Of a stretch of DNA of 64,000 nucleotides, positions 19,961 through 29,170 are shown one piece after another. The notes under the pieces are model-generated. The model made no database searches. It was not told where the DNA came from and saw only the letters and a list, made by a program, of their open reading frames with translations. The stretch is from Phycisphaeraceae bacterium. GTDB lineage: Bacteria; Planctomycetota; Phycisphaerae; Phycisphaerales; Phycisphaeraceae. Every line of letters starts with the position of its first letter. Within the stretch, counting starts at the first letter, position 1. The stretch covers positions 125,647 to 189,646 of the forward strand of contig CBDCYN010000013.1 of assembly GCA_965224205.1 (NCBI GenBank), in the 5' to 3' direction. The position numbers were made by a program, and so were the translations under genes.

Positions 19961-21108
19961 TACCTCACGCGGCTAAGATTGTCCGATTGTTGAAGTGTTG
20001 GAAGTTGCGGGTGATGAGGGTTTGGACGTTGGGTTTGTCGTCGGTGGCCAGCTTGGCGATGCCGTCGTGGATGGCTTGCTGAAATCGATCGAACGTTTCG
20101 TAGTACCGGCCGTTGAGGCAGCGTTTCTTGAGCAGGCCCCAGATCCGTTCGATCAGGTTCAGGTGCGGCGAGTAGGACGGCAGGAACATCAACTCGATGC
20201 CCAACCCCACGGCCCGATCTTGGACCAACCGGCAGCGTTGATACCGCGCGTTGTCCAGCACCAGGGTGATCGCTTGGCCGGGGTAACGCCCCGCGAGCGT
20301 CTCGAGTAATTCGCAGACCGTTTGGGCCGTGATGTACGTCGTGTTCGTGACGGTCACCAACTCTCGGGTCACGAAATCCAACGCCCCCAACACGTTCAGC
20401 CGGCGGCGGCCGGTGGGCGTGCGGATGAACAGCCTCACCACGCACCACACGTAGCACAGAAACGCGCCATGGACGAAGTGGCAGGCGTCTACAAAAAAAC
20501 CCTGCGATCACCCCGTTCGGCTTCGTCCAAAGCCGGATCGAGGGTCTGTTCAAGGAATTCACGCTGCTGTTGATGCTTGGCCTGATCAAGCTTGCCCGGC
20601 ACACCCCCGAGTTTGCGACGACGCAGACCCAGCCGTTTCAAAAAAGCTCGCACTTGCGTCGGGCCGCGACGCAGACCGGTGAGTTGCGTGATCTGATGGC
20701 TCGCCTCGTGGATCGTCGACGGCGGGTGTTGTTCCAAAGACGCCTTGACCTTCGGGCCGTGCGCGTTCAATTGACTGGGCTGACCCCGGTAGCCGTTTTG
20801 CCTCAACGCCTCGATCCCACCGTCGAGGTACGTATTCAAATAACGCTGCACCGTCCGGCTGCTGACCCCTGCCAAGGCCGCGATCTGCCGATGTGCCAAC
20901 CCATGGCTCTTGAGCCAAACCACCTGCAACTTCCGCCGCACCCGCGGATCTGGATCGCTAAAACGCCCCCGATCCAACGCCGCCACCGCATCGTCCGTCA
21001 ATGTGATCTGAAGCATCCATGCCTCCTGTGTCCAGTGACTTCGTAGTAAAATCAAACCGCTAACGTCAGCCTATTCTACCGATCAGACAAACTCACCCGA
21101 GGAAGGTA
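19961..21108 (-). mobile_element. IS630-family insertion sequence, copy 1 (1148 bp), nested in the left end of IS256 copy A
   Basis: Differs at 1 nt from 38071-39218. Imperfect IRs TACCTCACGCGG / TACCTTCCTCGGG. TA at 19959-60 and 21109-10. The uninterrupted target GAGTTAAAC is visible in IS256 copy B. Confidence 0.9.
19965..21016 (-). CDS. IS630-family DDE transposase (two frames joined by a -1 shift at G TTT TTT G near 20492-20499)
   Basis: orfA (21016-20489) is an HTH region, with AGGAGG 6 nt upstream of the ATG. orfB (to 19965) carries LDNARYQ...LPSYSPHLNLIERIW. The same frame break is present in copy 2. Confidence 0.8.
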
Positions 21109-21136
21109 TAAACAACCCGATTCAAGGAGAACTGCA

Positions 21137-22363
21137 ATGGATCAGGGTACTGGATCGGACCGCGGGATGAAAGAGGTGTTTCGGATCGACGAGGCGAAGG
21201 TTCGGGGTCACGTGGACCGGGTGGTACGTGAGTCCGTGGAGCAGACGTTGAACCAGCTGCTGGATGCCGAAGCCGAGGTGTTGTGCGGGGCTGGGCGGTA
21301 TGAGCGCAGCGATGCCCGCAAGGATACGCGGGCGGGCCACTACCAGCGGAAGCTTCACACGAAGGCGGGTCAGGTGTCGTTGAAGGTGCCACGGCTGCGG
21401 AGCTTGCCGTTCGAGACGCAGATCATCGAGCGGTACAAGCGTCGCGAGAGCAGCGTCGAGGAAGCGTTGATCGAGATGTACCTGGCCGGGGTGAGCGTGC
21501 GTCGGGTCGAGGACATCACGGCGGCGTTGTGGGGCACGAAGGTCAGCCCATCGACGGTCAGCGAGCTGAATCAGAAGGTCTATCAACAGATCGAGCAGTG
21601 GCGGAACAAGCCGATCGAAGGTGAACACCCGTATGTATATCTCGACGGGATCAGCCTCAAACGCTCGTGGGGTGGTGAAGTTCGCAACGTGTCGGTGCTG
21701 GTGGCGATCGGCGTGGCGACGGACGGGTATCGTGAGGTGCTGGGGATCGCCGAGGGGGCCAAGGAAGACAAGGCGGGTTGGCTGGCGTTCCTGCGACACC
21801 TCAAGACGCGGGGCCTGCGTGGCGTGAAGCTGTTGATCAGCGATGCGTGTCTGGGTCTGGTCGAGTCGCTTGGCGAACTCTATCCCGAGTCGTTGTGGCA
21901 GCGGTGCGTGGTGCACTGGTACCGCAACGTGTTTAGCATCACCCCCAAGGGCAAGGTCCAGGAGGTGTCGGCGATGCTCAAGGCGATCCACGCCCAGGAA
22001 GATCGTGAAGCGGCGTTGAAGAAGGCCGAGGATGTGGCGAACAAGCTTGAGTCGATGAAACTGCCCAGGGCGGCCCAGCTGGTGCGTGCGTCGGTCGAAC
22101 AGACGCTCAGCTACATGAGCTTCCCCCGTGAGCATTGGCTTCGGATCCGCACGAACAACCCGTTGGAGCGGATCATGCGTGAGATCCGCCGACGCACTCG
22201 GGTGGTGGGCAGCTTCCCGGACGGGCAATCGGCGTTGATGCTCTCGGCAGCGAGGCTGCGACACGTCGCCGGTACCCGTTGGGGCACGCGGCGGTACTTG
22301 GATATGAAACGGCTCGACGAACAGCAACAACAACAGGAAGAACCGATGAGCGTGGCGGTGTAG
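21137..22363 (+). CDS. IS256-family (Mutator-like) transposase
   Basis: 408 aa containing YERSDARKDTRAGHYQRKLHTKAGQVSLKVPRLR...YLDGISLK...LISDAC.GL...WQRCVVHWYRNV...NNPLERIMREIRRRTRVVGSFP. AAGGAG SD. Confidence 0.95.
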   Translation: MDQGTGSDRGMKEVFRIDEAKVRGHVDRVVRESVEQTLNQLLDAEAEVLCGAGRYERSDARKDTRAGHYQRKLHTKAGQVSLKVPRLRSLPFETQIIERYKRRESSVEEALIEMYLAGVSVRRVEDITAALWGTKVSPSTVSELNQKVYQQIEQWRNKPIEGEHPYVYLDGISLKRSWGGEVRNVSVLVAIGVATDGYREVLGIAEGAKEDKAGWLAFLRHLKTRGLRGVKLLISDACLGLVESLGELYPESLWQRCVVHWYRNVFSITPKGKVQEVSAMLKAIHAQEDREAALKKAEDVANKLESMKLPRAAQLVRASVEQTLSYMSFPREHWLRIRTNNPLERIMREIRRRTRVVGSFPDGQSALMLSAARLRHVAGTRWGTRRYLDMKRLDEQQQQQEEPMSVAV

Positions 22364-22610
22364 CCGCGCGAAGTTTGGTTGCCCCTCCGCTCGGGCTCAC
22401 TACGTTCGCCCTCACTGCGGGCCAACCAAACTTACATCCACCGGAGACCGCCTGATCAAATGTGCGCAACTTGACACACACTACCGAAGCCGCTTCCTCA
22501 CGGGCGCGGCTCGCTGAGTAGCTCATCCGAAAATTCAACCGTGACAGAGCACTTGAGTCCACTCCCTGACGGTCGCGGCTCGTCAGAGGTGGGTCTCGAT
22601 ACAGCCCGCT

Positions 22611-23678
22611 TCACACCAACACCGGCTGCTGGTACTGGCTGCGGATCGTCCCGGTGGGCGTGACGCTCGACTTCCAATCGCAGGGGTGGGCGTCGGCGCC
22701 GAGGTAGAAGTCGGTCGCATAGAGCGTATCGATCTCGGCCATGGTTTGTGGGGAGAGGTAAGACCCGTCGCAGGCGGTTACGAAATCGATCAGGTCGGTC
22801 TCGTTGAGGAGGTTCGGCTCGATGCTGCACATCGCCGGCCAGGATGCTAACCATTTGAACGCCAGCTGGCGTAGCGAGCAGTTATAAGCCTGGGCGATGG
22901 GGCGGACGATCTCGTTCTTCTTTAAGCCGTAGACCAGCCAGTTGCGGTCGCGGAATTTGCGGTGGTCCCAGCTGGGGAAGGTGTGGTCGGAAGACTTGAA
23001 CTCCTCGTCGAGGATGCCCGAGTGGGTCGGGACGCGGGAGATCACCGCCCCGCGCTGGCGATGCTGGGCGATCTGGCAGAACTCACGCCCGGGGTCCTGC
23101 TCGTACATGTTGAATACAGTCTGGACCGTCGCCGCGTCGCGCTCGTTGAAAGCGGCGATCCCCTCTTCGCGCCAGCCGATCGCCGGGCCCAGGGCCACGC
23201 CCCAGTAGCGGACCTTGCCCTCGTCGCGCAGTCGGTCGAGCGTCTCGAACAGGTCGTCGCGGTACTGGGGCAGCTTGAGGTTATGGGCCTGATAAAGGTC
23301 AACGCAGTCGATGCCCAGCCGGGCCAGGGATTGCTCGAGGTCGTACCGCAGGAACGTAGGGCTAAAGTCCTGGCGCCGCTCGCGGTGGCCGCCCTGTTCG
23401 CCGGGGTCGCCGTAGAAGTCGTAGCCGAACTTGGTGGAGATGACGAGGTTTTCTCGGCCGGCGTAGCGGATGGTTTGAGCCAGCAACCTCTCGGCGCGGC
23501 CGTTGCCGTAGGCGGCGCCGGTATCGAAGAACGTTACCCCCATATCGAACGCGCGGTTTTGAAGGTTGACGCCTTCTTCATCGCTGAACTCGCCCCACCA
23601 GTTGGTGCCGAAGATGAAGTTGCCGAAGCCCAGGAGGCTTACGGTCAGGTCGGTGCCGGGGATGGTTCGGTAGTCCAT
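22611..23678 (-). CDS. Aldo/keto reductase family oxidoreductase
   Basis: ATG at 23678 with a GAAGGA SD. Starts MDYRTIPGTDLTVSLLGFGN, contains FFDTGAAYGNGRAERLL, ISTKFG and IDCVDLYQAHN. Confidence 0.85.
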   Translation of the reverse strand: MDYRTIPGTDLTVSLLGFGNFIFGTNWWGEFSDEEGVNLQNRAFDMGVTFFDTGAAYGNGRAERLLAQTIRYAGRENLVISTKFGYDFYGDPGEQGGHRERRQDFSPTFLRYDLEQSLARLGIDCVDLYQAHNLKLPQYRDDLFETLDRLRDEGKVRYWGVALGPAIGWREEGIAAFNERDAATVQTVFNMYEQDPGREFCQIAQHRQRGAVISRVPTHSGILDEEFKSSDHTFPSWDHRKFRDRNWLVYGLKKNEIVRPIAQAYNCSLRQLAFKWLASWPAMCSIEPNLLNETDLIDFVTACDGSYLSPQTMAEIDTLYATDFYLGADAHPCDWKSSVTPTGTIRSQYQQPVLV

Positions 23679-23770
23679 AGCGGGGGTCCTTCGATTGACC
23701 ACGGGGTGGTAGAGGGCGTGGTTGTGTTGTTGTGCGTGAGGGCCAACGATTGGAGTCGGTGGCCGGTCGG

Positions 23771-26614
23771 TTATTGGGCGTGTTTGAGTTCGAGTCGTTT
23801 TAATTCAGATCGGTACGGCTCGCCGCCGAGGCTGGGGTCGATGACCTCGAGCTGGCGGACACGGAACTGGATGTCGGCGGTGCCTTCGTTGAGCTGGTCG
23901 CTGACCTGGAGGCGGCGCATCCACGCGTTCCACCACAGCTTCTTGAGCTGCGGGTCGTCTTCGCCGTCGAGACCGGTGATCAGGGTATCGTAGTACAGCG
24001 TCGCGGCCTGGATGAGAGAATCTTTGTCGCCTTTGACGAACAGGGACTCGGCCATGTGGTGCATGATCTGGGGGTCTTGGGGGTTGACGTCGAGGATCGG
24101 TTTGAGCAGGTCGATGGCGCCGTCGGGCTTGCCGGCCATCCTCACGGCCTTGGCCAGCAGCAGGTCGTAGAAGAGCATTTCTTCTTCGGTGAGGTTCTGG
24201 CCGATAGCCCAGTCGCGCAGCAGACGGGCCAGCTGCTCGGCCGACCGCGCGGTGCCCATGGCCTGGTCGCGCAGCTTCCGGGCTTCGTCCTGGACCAGGG
24301 TCTGGTGGGCTTTGAAGCGCAGGGCATCGATCTGGCGGTCGAGGTCGGTGAGGACCTCATCGATGACGATCGAGGCATCGTCGGGGAACAGCTGCATCAT
24401 CTTCTTGGCTCGGATCACGACGTCGTCGAACCGTTCGGCGTGGGCCAGGGCGACGATCCCTCGCTGCAGGGCCTGGCGGACGAGCTCGGGGTCGGCTTCG
24501 AATTGGGCTTCGAACCCTTCGAGCAGGCTCAGTGCCCGGTCGGTATCGTTGCGGGCCATGGCCACATCGACCAGCATGAGCTTGGCCCACCCCTTGGTGC
24601 TTAGCGCCGCGGGATCGGGCTGGCGGATCTGGTCGATTTCCCGGATGAGCGCCTCGGCGGTTTCGACCAGCCGCTGCTGGGTCGATTCTTGGTCGAGCGG
24701 CTTTTCACCCCGGTCCATAAGGGCTTTGAGGCACAGGAGCATCTCGCGTCGGGCCACGAAGTAGTCGGGGTGGTCGGGGGGGACCCTCTGGAGGATATCG
24801 GCTGCTTCTTGGTATTTGCCCCGCTGGGACAGGACGTGAAACGCGTAGTATAGGCGCTGGTTGTCCGCGGCTTCGATGGCGGGGAACTTCTCGAAAAGGA
24901 CGCGACAGGCCCGTTCATATGCTTCAGTAATCTCGGGCGGCCGCACGGGCATGTCGTACATCGGCAGGAGGATGGCCACGGCGAAGGTGATGGCCTCTTC
25001 GGCGTTGGGCTCGGTGGGCAGCTGGTCGGCTAGGTCGGTCCAGACACGGGCGGCTTGAATCTCCAGGGCGGTATCGATCTCGGCATCACGGGCGCGGAAA
25101 TACATCGCCCAACCCAGGTTGAACATGGCGCTGGCCCGGGTGGCGGGTGATAACTGGGGGTGGTTGAGCAGCTGCTTGTTGAGGCGGATCGATTCGTCGA
25201 GCTTCGGGAACGCCTGTTGACGAAGATCGGCGGCGGCCTGGTCTTGGCCTTGCTGGGCGAGTTCTAGGGCCTCAACGATGAGGTTTTGGCCCTCCATCCG
25301 GGAGATCTCTCCGACGGCGGCGACGACGACCGGGGGCAGCTGGGTCACGTCTTGTTCGGGATCAAGAATCGCCCGCCAGCGTCTGTAGACGTAGTCTCTC
25401 ATCCACAGGGCGTTATCTTCTAACGCCGGGTTTTTAAGCAGCTGCTCGTACACGGTGTACGCTTGGTTGACCGCTTGGGCGCGTTCGGAATCGGCTGCCG
25501 CTTGGGCGCGGGTGAGCATCAGGCGGTGGGTGAGGTCGATGACCAGTAACCGGTACAGGGGGTATTGCTTGACCATCGGGTGGTTGGAGAGATCTCTTAG
25601 CAGATCCAGGGCGGCGACGTGCTGGTTGTCCATGTCGAGGACCACGGCCTTGGCGAGGTTGGCCAGTAGGTGGGGCGCGTCTTCTTTCTGTTCACGGATC
25701 ACTGACTCGAGCTGCTCGCGGGCGCGGGTGAGGTTGTCGGGTTGGTGGAGCATCGCCCGGCCCATGACGCCCATCGAAGACAGGCGGATCTGGTAGGGGT
25801 CGCTACGGTCGGCGGCGAAAGGCCCGAGTTTTTCAATCGCCAGGTCCAGGAGCCGGGCTTGCTCTTGATCGGGGGTTTTCTTCTGCCGCGGCAGGCGGGG
25901 GTTTTGGCCCAGGTTTTGATAATAGGGGTGGTCGAGCCCGAGCTGGCTGGTGTGGTAGGCTGCAAGACCTAATAGGTATTGAGTCTTGGTTTTGTAGTAC
26001 TCTTCCATCATCCGGTCCCAGAGGCCGGTGGCGACCCGTTTGTTGAAATGGTCGGGATCGCGGGGCAGGTCTTGGTTGAGCTGGAAGAATCGCAGGTCCG
26101 CGTCGGAAAGCAGCTCGAACGCTTCGGGCACGAACTGGTCGCGGGCTTGGAGCTGCGTGGGGGTGGGGACCCCGAACTCGCAGAAGTCGAGGGCTTGGAG
26201 CTGCATCTTGGGCAGATAGATCGTCAGCAGCAGGTCGGCGAGGTCGGTCTGCCACAGGGGCCGCTGCTCGTGGTCGGCGTGCTGGGTGATCAGCTTGCGC
26301 GTGGCGGCGGTGAGTTTCTCGAACGCGGCGAGCTGTTCGTCACCGGTCTGACCGTAGTCCATCTTGATCCGGTGGCGGGCGATCTCGACCAGTTGCCTCA
26401 GGACGGGGTCGCTGGGCATTTCGGTGGCGGTGAAGTGGTCGAGCAGGTCGCTCATTCCGTATTTGGCCAGGCCCTCGATGAGGGTGGCGTGGTCGAGCTT
26501 CACGCCCGCAGCGAACGACCACGCCGGCCATATGGCGACCGCTAGGAGCACGGCGGTGCAAGTCAACCGGGTCCACCGACGCAGGGGCAGGCTCGTGAGG
26601 TTCCTAAGCATCAA
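23771..26614 (-). CDS. Large (947 aa) secreted all-helical TPR-like protein, function unknown
   Basis: N-terminal signal-like segment LTCTAVLLAVAIWPAWSFAAG. Long uninterrupted ORF. Last gene of the ExbBD string. Confidence 0.7.
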   Translation of the reverse strand: MMLRNLTSLPLRRWTRLTCTAVLLAVAIWPAWSFAAGVKLDHATLIEGLAKYGMSDLLDHFTATEMPSDPVLRQLVEIARHRIKMDYGQTGDEQLAAFEKLTAATRKLITQHADHEQRPLWQTDLADLLLTIYLPKMQLQALDFCEFGVPTPTQLQARDQFVPEAFELLSDADLRFFQLNQDLPRDPDHFNKRVATGLWDRMMEEYYKTKTQYLLGLAAYHTSQLGLDHPYYQNLGQNPRLPRQKKTPDQEQARLLDLAIEKLGPFAADRSDPYQIRLSSMGVMGRAMLHQPDNLTRAREQLESVIREQKEDAPHLLANLAKAVVLDMDNQHVAALDLLRDLSNHPMVKQYPLYRLLVIDLTHRLMLTRAQAAADSERAQAVNQAYTVYEQLLKNPALEDNALWMRDYVYRRWRAILDPEQDVTQLPPVVVAAVGEISRMEGQNLIVEALELAQQGQDQAAADLRQQAFPKLDESIRLNKQLLNHPQLSPATRASAMFNLGWAMYFRARDAEIDTALEIQAARVWTDLADQLPTEPNAEEAITFAVAILLPMYDMPVRPPEITEAYERACRVLFEKFPAIEAADNQRLYYAFHVLSQRGKYQEAADILQRVPPDHPDYFVARREMLLCLKALMDRGEKPLDQESTQQRLVETAEALIREIDQIRQPDPAALSTKGWAKLMLVDVAMARNDTDRALSLLEGFEAQFEADPELVRQALQRGIVALAHAERFDDVVIRAKKMMQLFPDDASIVIDEVLTDLDRQIDALRFKAHQTLVQDEARKLRDQAMGTARSAEQLARLLRDWAIGQNLTEEEMLFYDLLLAKAVRMAGKPDGAIDLLKPILDVNPQDPQIMHHMAESLFVKGDKDSLIQAATLYYDTLITGLDGEDDPQLKKLWWNAWMRRLQVSDQLNEGTADIQFRVRQLEVIDPSLGGEPYRSELKRLELKHAQ

Positions 26615-26831
26615 TCATCAGTCCTCAAGTCCAAGGCTACATAGATCTATACGATCCGGTTTGCTGTTTGATCCGTCGATTAAGGGTGGATCCCGAAGAT
26701 TCATCTTAAAGGACCCGTCGTCACTCTTCCACGCAGATGGGGTTCTGGGCATTTGATCGATCGGCGTGATAGGGGGGACGCTCAAGGGGCCAAGCCGCGG
26801 GGGGGCGGGCTTTTGGAGGAAACACGGGCCA

Positions 26832-27389
26832 TCACTCTTGGCCCGGCTGGGCGAATCGGATGTTGGTGTACCGGGCGCGTAGCGCGGAGTTGAAGGCGTT
26901 GACGACGTGCTGCCAACGAACCTGCATCCCGGTCTTGATAATAATCGGGTTGTCGGGCTTGTATGGGCCGGATCGGCCACGGTCGGGGTCGTACTGGAGC
27001 TGGATCAGGGAGTGGGCTAGCTCGGTGAAGTCGGCGGGCTCGGCGACGCCCTCGATGGTGATCCGGTACCCGATGCCGTCGACCCCCGCGGAGGTGACGA
27101 GGATGTTCAGGGGCTGAGAAGGGGGTTTGTTCTGGGGTTGGGGCTTGCCGGGGCCTTGGGGCATCTTGACCGTTAAGACACCCTCGCCGATCACGAACGT
27201 GGCGGTGATGATGAAGTAGATCAGCAGCTGGAAGATCACGTCGATCATCGAGGTGAGGTTGACCGTCATCCTCACGGGCTCGAGGCCGCGGTGCTTCTTG
27301 CGGTACGGCTGGTGGTGGACGGTGACGTCCGCTTCGCCGGGTGGTTCCTGTGGAGGATCGTAGTTGAGGGTGGATAACGTCGTGGACAT
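26832..27389 (-). CDS. exbD: ExbD/TolR-family biopolymer transport protein
   Basis: 185 aa with a TM segment containing NLTSMIDVIFQLLIYFII. Confidence 0.8.
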   Translation of the reverse strand: MSTTLSTLNYDPPQEPPGEADVTVHHQPYRKKHRGLEPVRMTVNLTSMIDVIFQLLIYFIITATFVIGEGVLTVKMPQGPGKPQPQNKPPSQPLNILVTSAGVDGIGYRITIEGVAEPADFTELAHSLIQLQYDPDRGRSGPYKPDNPIIIKTGMQVRWQHVVNAFNSALRARYTNIRFAQPGQE

Positions 27390-27404
27390 GGATTTATGGT
27401 TGTC

Positions 27405-27890
27405 TTAGCGGAGGTCTTCCGGGAGGTAGGCTACGAGGTTGACCGTTTCGATCTCGGCCTTGGCGATGGCCTGCATGACCGGCTGGACCTCGTCATAAAA
27501 AGTCCCCCCGTCTGCCCGCAAGAGGATTTCCAGTTTGGGGTTCTTGGCCTTGGCGTCTTTGAGGGCTTGGGTGATCCCGTCGAGATCCTCCAGGGCGTAG
27601 TCGTCGAGCCCGACCTTGATACTGGCGGCGTCCCCGGGGATGTTCAGGTCGCCCATTTGCCGCTCCGAGCCGTATTCATGGGGGACCACGTTGATCGTCA
27701 GCCGGTTCTCTTCGCCCATCTCATGGGTCTTGGGGTCGTCGAGGTCGGGGACCATCATCATCACCGATTCCTCGGCGATGATCTGGTTGACGAGCATGAA
27801 GAAGATGATCAGCTGGAACACGACATCGATCATCGGGGTCATGTTCATCTCAGGGGCCACTTGGCCTTTTCGGTGTACTTGGGACATCAT
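27405..27890 (-). CDS. exbD: ExbD/TolR-family biopolymer transport protein
   Basis: 161 aa with MNMTPMIDVVFQLIIFFML. Lies 15 nt upstream of the second exbD. Confidence 0.85.
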   Translation of the reverse strand: MMSQVHRKGQVAPEMNMTPMIDVVFQLIIFFMLVNQIIAEESVMMMVPDLDDPKTHEMGEENRLTINVVPHEYGSERQMGDLNIPGDAASIKVGLDDYALEDLDGITQALKDAKAKNPKLEILLRADGGTFYDEVQPVMQAIAKAEIETVNLVAYLPEDLR

Positions 27891-28099
27891 TGAACCCCGT
27901 GACTAACTCCAGCAGTGGTTTTTACACCAGGCCAGGTACCGCGCCAGGATCGGACCAAAGAGCGTTCGATGATCGGATGCGGCGGCGGCGGTGGGCAGGT
28001 TTTTTTTCATTCTACATTCACCGGTTGGTTTCTAGTCGCCGTGATTCAACCGGTACCGGGGACTCGGGGGCCGAGTCCGGGTTAGACGGTACGGCTAAC

Positions 28100-28867
28100 T
28101 TACTCGTTCGGGTTGGGCCTGGCTCGTGGGCGGCTGGCAGCGGCGGCTTTCTTTGCTGCGGGTTTGAAGGGCTTGATGAGGTCTTCGGCAACGATCAGCC
28201 CCTCGCTGGTCAGTGCGTCTAGGTGGTTACGGATCAGGGAGTAGGCCGCCAGGGCGGGGATGGCCACGACGAGACCCCAGAACGTGGTGACCAGGGCGGT
28301 GGAGATACCCGCGGCTAGCTCGGCGGGGTCGGGCTTGCCGCCGGTTTCCACGAGTTTGTTGAACGCGACGATCATCCCGTAGACCGTCCCGAACAGGCCC
28401 AGCATGGGGGAGATGTTCCCCAAGACGTTGAGGTACTCGATCGGGCGAAGCAGCCGGGTGGTCTCGGCATCACTGGATTCCTCGAGCGCCCGTTCCATGG
28501 CGCCGTAGCCATTGGAGGCTTCGTTGAGGCCGGAGCTGACCACCTTCGCCAGGTAGCTGGGCTCGCTGCCGGAGAACTCGATCGCTTCACGGTACCGCTT
28601 CTCGGCGAGCATGGCTTCGAGCTGCTGCTGGGTCTCCTCGGGCACGACCATAGTCTTGCGGTATCGCAGCCACAGCGTCAGGGCCCAGCCCATGCTCAAC
28701 GCCGACAACAGCACCAGGGTCCAGATGATCATCAACCCCAAGAAGTCATCGCTCCAAAGGAACATCCGGAACCAGTTGCTGGTCTCGACCTGCTCCTGGC
28801 CAAACGCGGGAGGGGTTAATAATAAATACAGGCTTGCTGCAGAACCTAAGCTCAACACACGACGCAT
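28100..28867 (-). CDS. exbB: MotA/TolQ/ExbB-family proton channel protein
   Basis: Contains LNVLGNISPMLGLFGTVYGMIVAF and GISTALVTTFWGLVVAIPA. ATG at 28867 with an AAGGAG SD 9 nt upstream. The longer ORF runs to 28912. Confidence 0.85.
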   Translation of the reverse strand: MRRVLSLGSAASLYLLLTPPAFGQEQVETSNWFRMFLWSDDFLGLMIIWTLVLLSALSMGWALTLWLRYRKTMVVPEETQQQLEAMLAEKRYREAIEFSGSEPSYLAKVVSSGLNEASNGYGAMERALEESSDAETTRLLRPIEYLNVLGNISPMLGLFGTVYGMIVAFNKLVETGGKPDPAELAAGISTALVTTFWGLVVAIPALAAYSLIRNHLDALTSEGLIVAEDLIKPFKPAAKKAAAASRPRARPNPNE

Positions 28868-29170
28868 AGGCCAATGCTCCTTAGATAGTGAGGACACAGC
28901 CAGCGATTCCACCGGGGGTCGCTGCCGTGACGGTCTTTTGATAACCGTCGGTTCCAGCGGCTACGCTGCCCGTAGGCCGGTCCCGATAATCTTTTATAGA
29001 CGATACACAACACGTTTCGCACACCTGTTGGAAGATCTGTTGGGCTGTTAGACGGCCTTGGGCCGATGACCACGGGCCGGCCCCTGGTGCGTCGGATCCA
29101 CCCTAACCACAGAAAGAACGTTTTAAGAAAACTCCATGTTGCACGGGGCGGTTGAATCGCCGGTTCTTGC

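Larger units (their letters stand above)
19894..22485 (+). mobile_element. IS256-family insertion sequence, copy A (1442 bp plus 1150 bp nested IS630 insertion)
   Basis: Near-identical to 55928-57369. Terminal IRs share GnTA...TGCGCACATTTGA. Flanked by GAACCCGC (19886-19893) and GAAGCCGC (22486-22493), a 7/8 match for an 8-bp TSD. Confidence 0.9.

Noticed and set aside
21122-22333. 403-aa minus-strand ORF present in both IS256 copies (also 56006-57217)
   Set aside because: It is antisense to a clearly homologous IS256 transposase. Its duplication is simply because the IS is duplicated, and its composition is shadow-like.
22962-23993. 343-aa plus-strand ORF
   Set aside because: It is antisense to the aldo/keto reductase gene, which has clear family motifs and an SD. 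It is a shadow ORF.
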